A program made the translations under genes and the position numbers. The notes beneath the pieces were generated by a model. That model was given only the letters and a program-made list of their open reading frames with translations, ran no database searches and was not told the DNA's origin. Positions 34,476 through 37,932 of a stretch of DNA of 37,932 nt are shown piece by piece. The stretch is from a virus (taxonomy: Duplodnaviria > Caudoviricetes): IMG/VR virus record IMGVR_UViG_3300025888_000019, positions 1 through 37,932 of that record, one strand, 5' to 3'. How positions within the stretch are numbered: the stretch's first letter is position 1; every line of letters begins with the position of its first letter.

Positions 34476-34832
34476 ATGGGCACGATTCGAGTATTCGATC
34501 ACGACGAAACGAAGGGCGGTCTGACTTACTCAGACGCGGAGGGCAGGGTGCCGCCGATAGTTCACAAGGGATGGACTTGGGGAGAGACTTTTGAGGAAGC
34601 GCGTCATGCTTCAGCCGTTCGTAAAGTGCGGATGTACGCGTTCCTATCCTGGACAGGCTTCTTCGGGATATGCCAGGAGGGGAATCTGACAATCGGCGAT
34701 TGTGCGTGGGCGGCATTCGAGTACGGGCATCAGGTATCTGACCAGCGAAGTGCGCGAGCTTGCCAATATCCCACAAGCAAAGAGATATGGGGACTGGCGT
34801 ATGCCCCTGTGCTTCCGAGGTTAGAATCATGA
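34476..34832 (+). CDS. Hypothetical protein
   Basis: TAAGGAGGT RBS. Confidence 0.75.
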   Translation: MGTIRVFDHDETKGGLTYSDAEGRVPPIVHKGWTWGETFEEARHASAVRKVRMYAFLSWTGFFGICQEGNLTIGDCAWAAFEYGHQVSDQRSARACQYPTSKEIWGLAYAPVLPRLES

Positions 34833-35050
34833 TCACGCACGGTTATAAGATCGAAATGGCGGAAGAGGGAAACGACCCGGTGGGCGCACTGCGCGACCTG
34901 GTATGGCAATTGGAGAATCCGATGGACTGCCGGGGCGGCAGAACGCTACTCGATGATCTGCAAGACGGCTTGGAGCGGATCGTCAACTGTGCGGCGCTTC
35001 ACGAGCGGGGCGTGGACATTCGGATAGTTCGGACAAGGACGGAGGGCTGA
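34829..35050 (+). CDS. Hypothetical protein
   Basis: GAGGT RBS; ATGA overlap. Confidence 0.65.
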   Translation: MITHGYKIEMAEEGNDPVGALRDLVWQLENPMDCRGGRTLLDDLQDGLERIVNCAALHERGVDIRIVRTRTEG

Positions 35051-35051
35051 C

Positions 35052-35201
35052 ATGCGCGGATGGACACTTGCGGATCATGCCGAGTGCTGGTGGGCGGGTA
35101 GCAATCAGATCATGCCGGCACGCGGCACAACGGCTTGGACTATGATGTATGAGCAGTGGGCGGAGTGGGCGTTCTCCGACCTTCGCGGGAAGGAGTCTTG
35201 A
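35052..35201 (+). CDS. Trp-rich 49-aa protein
   Basis: MRGWTLADHAECWWAGSNQIMPARGTTAWTMMYEQWAEWAFSDLRGKES*; GGAGG RBS. Confidence 0.65.
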   Translation: MRGWTLADHAECWWAGSNQIMPARGTTAWTMMYEQWAEWAFSDLRGKES

Positions 35202-35202
35202 C

Positions 35203-35466
35203 ATGACGAAGAGCACGGATAGAGTTAGGTTGGGCAGCGGCGAGGTTATGACTCTTGGGGAAGCGTTAGACAAGGGCTTGCTGGAGGTGCGGATCGTGGA
35301 ACACTTCTGCGGACCTCGCGGCGGGTGCGGAATCGCCTACTTCGCGGACGAACCGGGCACTATGAGCGGTTTCCGAATCAGCCCATTCCTGTACCGCAGT
35401 CGCATGGGCTTGCCGGTTCGGATATACCTCGGCGGGAATGAGGTATGCCTTGACAATCACAGTTAG
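35203..35466 (+). CDS. Hypothetical protein
   Basis: AAGGAG RBS. Confidence 0.65.
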   Translation: MTKSTDRVRLGSGEVMTLGEALDKGLLEVRIVEHFCGPRGGCGIAYFADEPGTMSGFRISPFLYRSRMGLPVRIYLGGNEVCLDNHS

Positions 35467-35683
35467 GGGCAAGAGGGTCGAGTTGACCGAGGGACCTTAC
35501 CAGGTCACATGGACAAACAGATCGGGGGCTAGACCCTGGGCAGTCATGGACGGTCACGGCGCAATGGTTAGGCAACCGCCTGCTGACAATATGCACAAGG
35601 CGCTTTTCTTCCAGACGAATGTGAAAGCGCACGAGTTCGCGATATGCATGAACGACAGGGAGGGGTGGCAACCATGCTCTTAG
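35438..35683 (+). CDS. Hypothetical protein
   Basis: 81 aa overlapping ORF. Confidence 0.55.
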   Translation: MRYALTITVRGKRVELTEGPYQVTWTNRSGARPWAVMDGHGAMVRQPPADNMHKALFFQTNVKAHEFAICMNDREGWQPCS

Positions 35684-35778
35684 GGTTGGGCATCGGGTTA
35701 GGCATGTTGGCATTCTGCACCGGCGTTGTGTTCGTAAACGCGGCGGTCGATACGCTGCGGGAAAGGTTAGGGATATGA
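35674..35778 (+). CDS. Small membrane peptide (34 aa)
   Basis: MLLGLGIGLGMLAFCTGVVFVNAAVDTLRERLGI*; GGAGG RBS. Confidence 0.5.
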   Translation: MLLGLGIGLGMLAFCTGVVFVNAAVDTLRERLGI

Positions 35779-35918
35779 CACTCGGAATACTCTACACGTT
35801 CGGAAGCGCTGAGGCCGACCGCTCATTTGGTACTGACCTGTGGCTGCTGATGGTAGCGGCTGTGATTGTGACGTTCGGCGGTCGGTGGCTCATACGAAAG
35901 TTCATGGGGTGGTTCTGA
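35775..35918 (+). CDS. Small membrane peptide (47 aa)
   Basis: LWLLMVAAVIVTFGG; coupled at both ends. Confidence 0.5.
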   Translation: MTLGILYTFGSAEADRSFGTDLWLLMVAAVIVTFGGRWLIRKFMGWF

Positions 35919-36109
35919 TGACTGATTCTGAGATCGGGTGCGTTGGCAGATGGCGCAACCATCACCCAGACGACAAGCACACTGACGCGGAGGTTTTGGA
36001 TTATCTCCGGCGATGCGATGCGAGAACAGCAGAGCTTATGGATTTGCACTTCCCGTACTACATCAAGAACGGGCGGCGCGTTAAAACAGACAGGGGTGCA
36101 TCATGCTGA
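35918..36109 (+). CDS. Hypothetical protein
   Basis: TGATG coupling. Confidence 0.55.
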   Translation: MTDSEIGCVGRWRNHHPDDKHTDAEVLDYLRRCDARTAELMDLHFPYYIKNGRRVKTDRGASC

Positions 36110-36366
36110 CAGCACACCACAACCTCGTGAAGCACGGCACTTTGCCGGAATCCCGGCGCCAAGCGTTAGTCAACAAGCCGTTCGCAGTTCGAGACAGAGC
36201 GTTAGGCGCAAAAGTGGAGGCAGTCGCCTTCGGCTACAAAGAACTGACGCCGATCATCGAGATCGACGGCCGCAAATATCGCGGCATGACCTGGATAGAA
36301 GTGAGCGCGGCAGTTGAGCGCGGGGCAGTGCCGGAGTTGGCACGGCTGGAAAGGGTTAGGTGTTAG
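36103..36366 (+). CDS. Hypothetical protein
   Basis: 87 aa with RBS. Confidence 0.65.
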   Translation: MLTAHHNLVKHGTLPESRRQALVNKPFAVRDRALGAKVEAVAFGYKELTPIIEIDGRKYRGMTWIEVSAAVERGAVPELARLERVRC

Positions 36367-36369
36367 ATC

Positions 36370-36795
36370 ATGAAGTACTTGGTTTTGGAGGCGCACGACA
36401 CCGACCAAACGCAAACGAGCGAGGTCAACCGTTTCGCAGTTGAGTTAGGTCTGGTGCCGATTGACGAACTGATCGCGCAGGCGGCGAATATCCGCCCGAT
36501 CTTTGATGACAAGACCCGCGTACTGAAGTCCGGTTGTATGCAGTTCGACTGGCACGAGGGCGAGTGGCTGGCTTCTGCTTCGATAGAGGAGCTTGACGGG
36601 CCGATGATCGCCGAGGATTCGACGGAGGACGGCAACTATTCATGGGGCAAACTCGAAGTCGCGGGCGGTCACATCCTGCTCTGGTGGGAGGGCGACACCG
36701 CGACAATCGAGTTCCGCGCCTACCTGGAATGCGGGATCGAATACTTCTCCGGCGCAGTGTCGCTCGATTGGTTGGTAGAGCAGGTGGCGGCATGA
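36370..36795 (+). CDS. Acidic hypothetical protein
   Basis: 141 aa. Confidence 0.7.
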   Translation: MKYLVLEAHDTDQTQTSEVNRFAVELGLVPIDELIAQAANIRPIFDDKTRVLKSGCMQFDWHEGEWLASASIEELDGPMIAEDSTEDGNYSWGKLEVAGGHILLWWEGDTATIEFRAYLECGIEYFSGAVSLDWLVEQVAA

Positions 36796-37034
36796 GGGAC
36801 GTTACGGTAAAACAAGTGTTGGCTGCCGAGGAGCGGGCACGCGTCGGCGACTTGGAGCAAATGTGTGCAACGTGCTGTGCGCGGATAGCTAGATACCCAG
36901 TGCTCATGTGTGCAGTAAGTGTAGCGATTGGCGACGACGAGAGGATACTTGCGGGTGTAAGTCTGGCGCTCGAATTGCTCGAATGCGCCAACCCGCCGCT
37001 CGGTATCGGCGCGGAAACCGAGGTTCCGAAGTGA
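36792..37034 (+). CDS. Hypothetical protein
   Basis: ATGA overlap. Confidence 0.55.
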   Translation: MRDVTVKQVLAAEERARVGDLEQMCATCCARIARYPVLMCAVSVAIGDDERILAGVSLALELLECANPPLGIGAETEVPK

Positions 37035-37159
37035 CGAAGGATCTTAAACGTTATCGGCGGCGGCTGTTAGGCTGCTGCACAACACGTTCGCAGATGATGC
37101 GCCTGATTCGCAGGCAGGTTAGGTTCGCGCTCAGATGGGCGCAGGAAGTAGAGGTATAA
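37031..37159 (+). CDS. Basic 42-aa peptide
   Basis: GAGGT RBS; GTGA overlap. Confidence 0.5.
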   Translation: MTKDLKRYRRRLLGCCTTRSQMMRLIRRQVRFALRWAQEVEV

Positions 37160-37161
37160 TC

Positions 37162-37797
37162 ATGAAACGCGGTTGGAGGTTAGAGATCGAATCAACGAAG
37201 GATACAGCAACGGTTCTGCGAGCGATTGCAGACGACATGGACGGCAAGGACGTGTCTTTCGACGCGGCATATACATTCTCCCCCAACGTGGAACTGAGCG
37301 ATCAACTCAGCGGCGTTAGGCCGGGGAGCGTTACGCCGAATCAGCCAGACGCTACCGATCTTCTGGCATCGGCGCATGAGGTCGTTTGCCACTGGACAGA
37401 CGGCGGTTGTTCCGAGGCGATGGGCGGGTTGATAAACGCAGTGCAGGATTATGAGTCGGCACAGGACGAACCGGCTGCCGTCACGCCCATCGTCACGCCG
37501 AACCTGGTTGACGCGGCGCGGCGAATGCTGGATGACTACCAGACCGGGCGGCCAGAGCACAAATCTGCACTGTGGCTTGAGTCCGTGCTGGAAGACTACG
37601 AAGACGCGACAACCGCTCCCGGCCCGATCATCGTCGAGGTTAGCGGCGGGAATGTTCAGGACGTTAGGGACATACCCAGTGGCGTCACCGTCGAGGTCCG
37701 CGACTACGACAACGGCGAAGAAGCGACCGAGGAAGAGCGTGCGGACATGGGGCAGGACGCCGACGGGAAGTTCTACAGCGTTGGCGAGTGGAGTTGA
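37162..37797 (+). CDS. Acidic hypothetical protein with internal repeat
   Basis: GAGGT RBS; two VTPN...DYE segments; C-terminal IIVEVSGGNVQDV...VEVRDYD. Confidence 0.75.
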   Translation: MKRGWRLEIESTKDTATVLRAIADDMDGKDVSFDAAYTFSPNVELSDQLSGVRPGSVTPNQPDATDLLASAHEVVCHWTDGGCSEAMGGLINAVQDYESAQDEPAAVTPIVTPNLVDAARRMLDDYQTGRPEHKSALWLESVLEDYEDATTAPGPIIVEVSGGNVQDVRDIPSGVTVEVRDYDNGEEATEEERADMGQDADGKFYSVGEWS

Positions 37798-37799
37798 TC

Positions 37800-37932
37800 A
37801 TGAGCATGAAGATCGGTTCAATCGAAACCAACTATGGCGAGGCGGAGATTCTTGCCTGCCACTACGGCGGACCCGACGGCCCAACCGCAGTTAGACTGGA
37901 CCTAACCGACGGCGAGATATTCGGCGTACTGA
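37800..37932 (+). CDS. Hypothetical protein (truncated by window edge)
   Basis: GGAG RBS; MSMKIGSIETNYGEAEIL... open to the end. Confidence 0.55.
   Translation, partial: MSMKIGSIETNYGEAEILACHYGGPDGPTAVRLDLTDGEIFGVL

Noticed and set aside
31511-37894. Telomere-like TTAGGG repeats
   Set aside because: Copies are dispersed, not tandem, and the conserved core is GTTAG
1-37932. tRNA, rRNA, integrase, reverse transcriptase/DGR, intein
   Set aside because: No supporting motifs seen by eye

Overview
The window is about 38 kb of a tailed dsDNA phage or prophage. It contains no host housekeeping genes, integrase or tail module. The left part (1-17043, minus strand) is the packaging and head operon: small and large terminase, a T4 gp20-like portal, and one ORF fusing gp21-like protease, scaffold and gp23-like capsid. 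Directly behind the capsid gene is a sugar-modification cassette (two glycosyltransferases, an HddA-like kinase, a SAM methyltransferase), followed by probable head decoration and neck genes. The middle (17266-29689) holds two divergent operons with a PAPS-reductase-family gene, four DNA methyltransferases (one frameshifted), an orphan TnpB, HNH, RusA and a primase-helicase. A repeat-rich non-coding region (29690-31088) with a C-to-G skew flip is the likely origin. The right part is an array of small early genes including a beta-clamp fusion. The strongest candidate for a novel system is the capsid-linked glycosylation cassette, whose two glycosyltransferases share an N-terminal module. Other candidates are a TnpB placed under a phage operator and promoter, an oriented GTTAG motif across the early region, and a possibly Gln-specific head protease. 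All family assignments come from motif recognition by eye; no searches were run.
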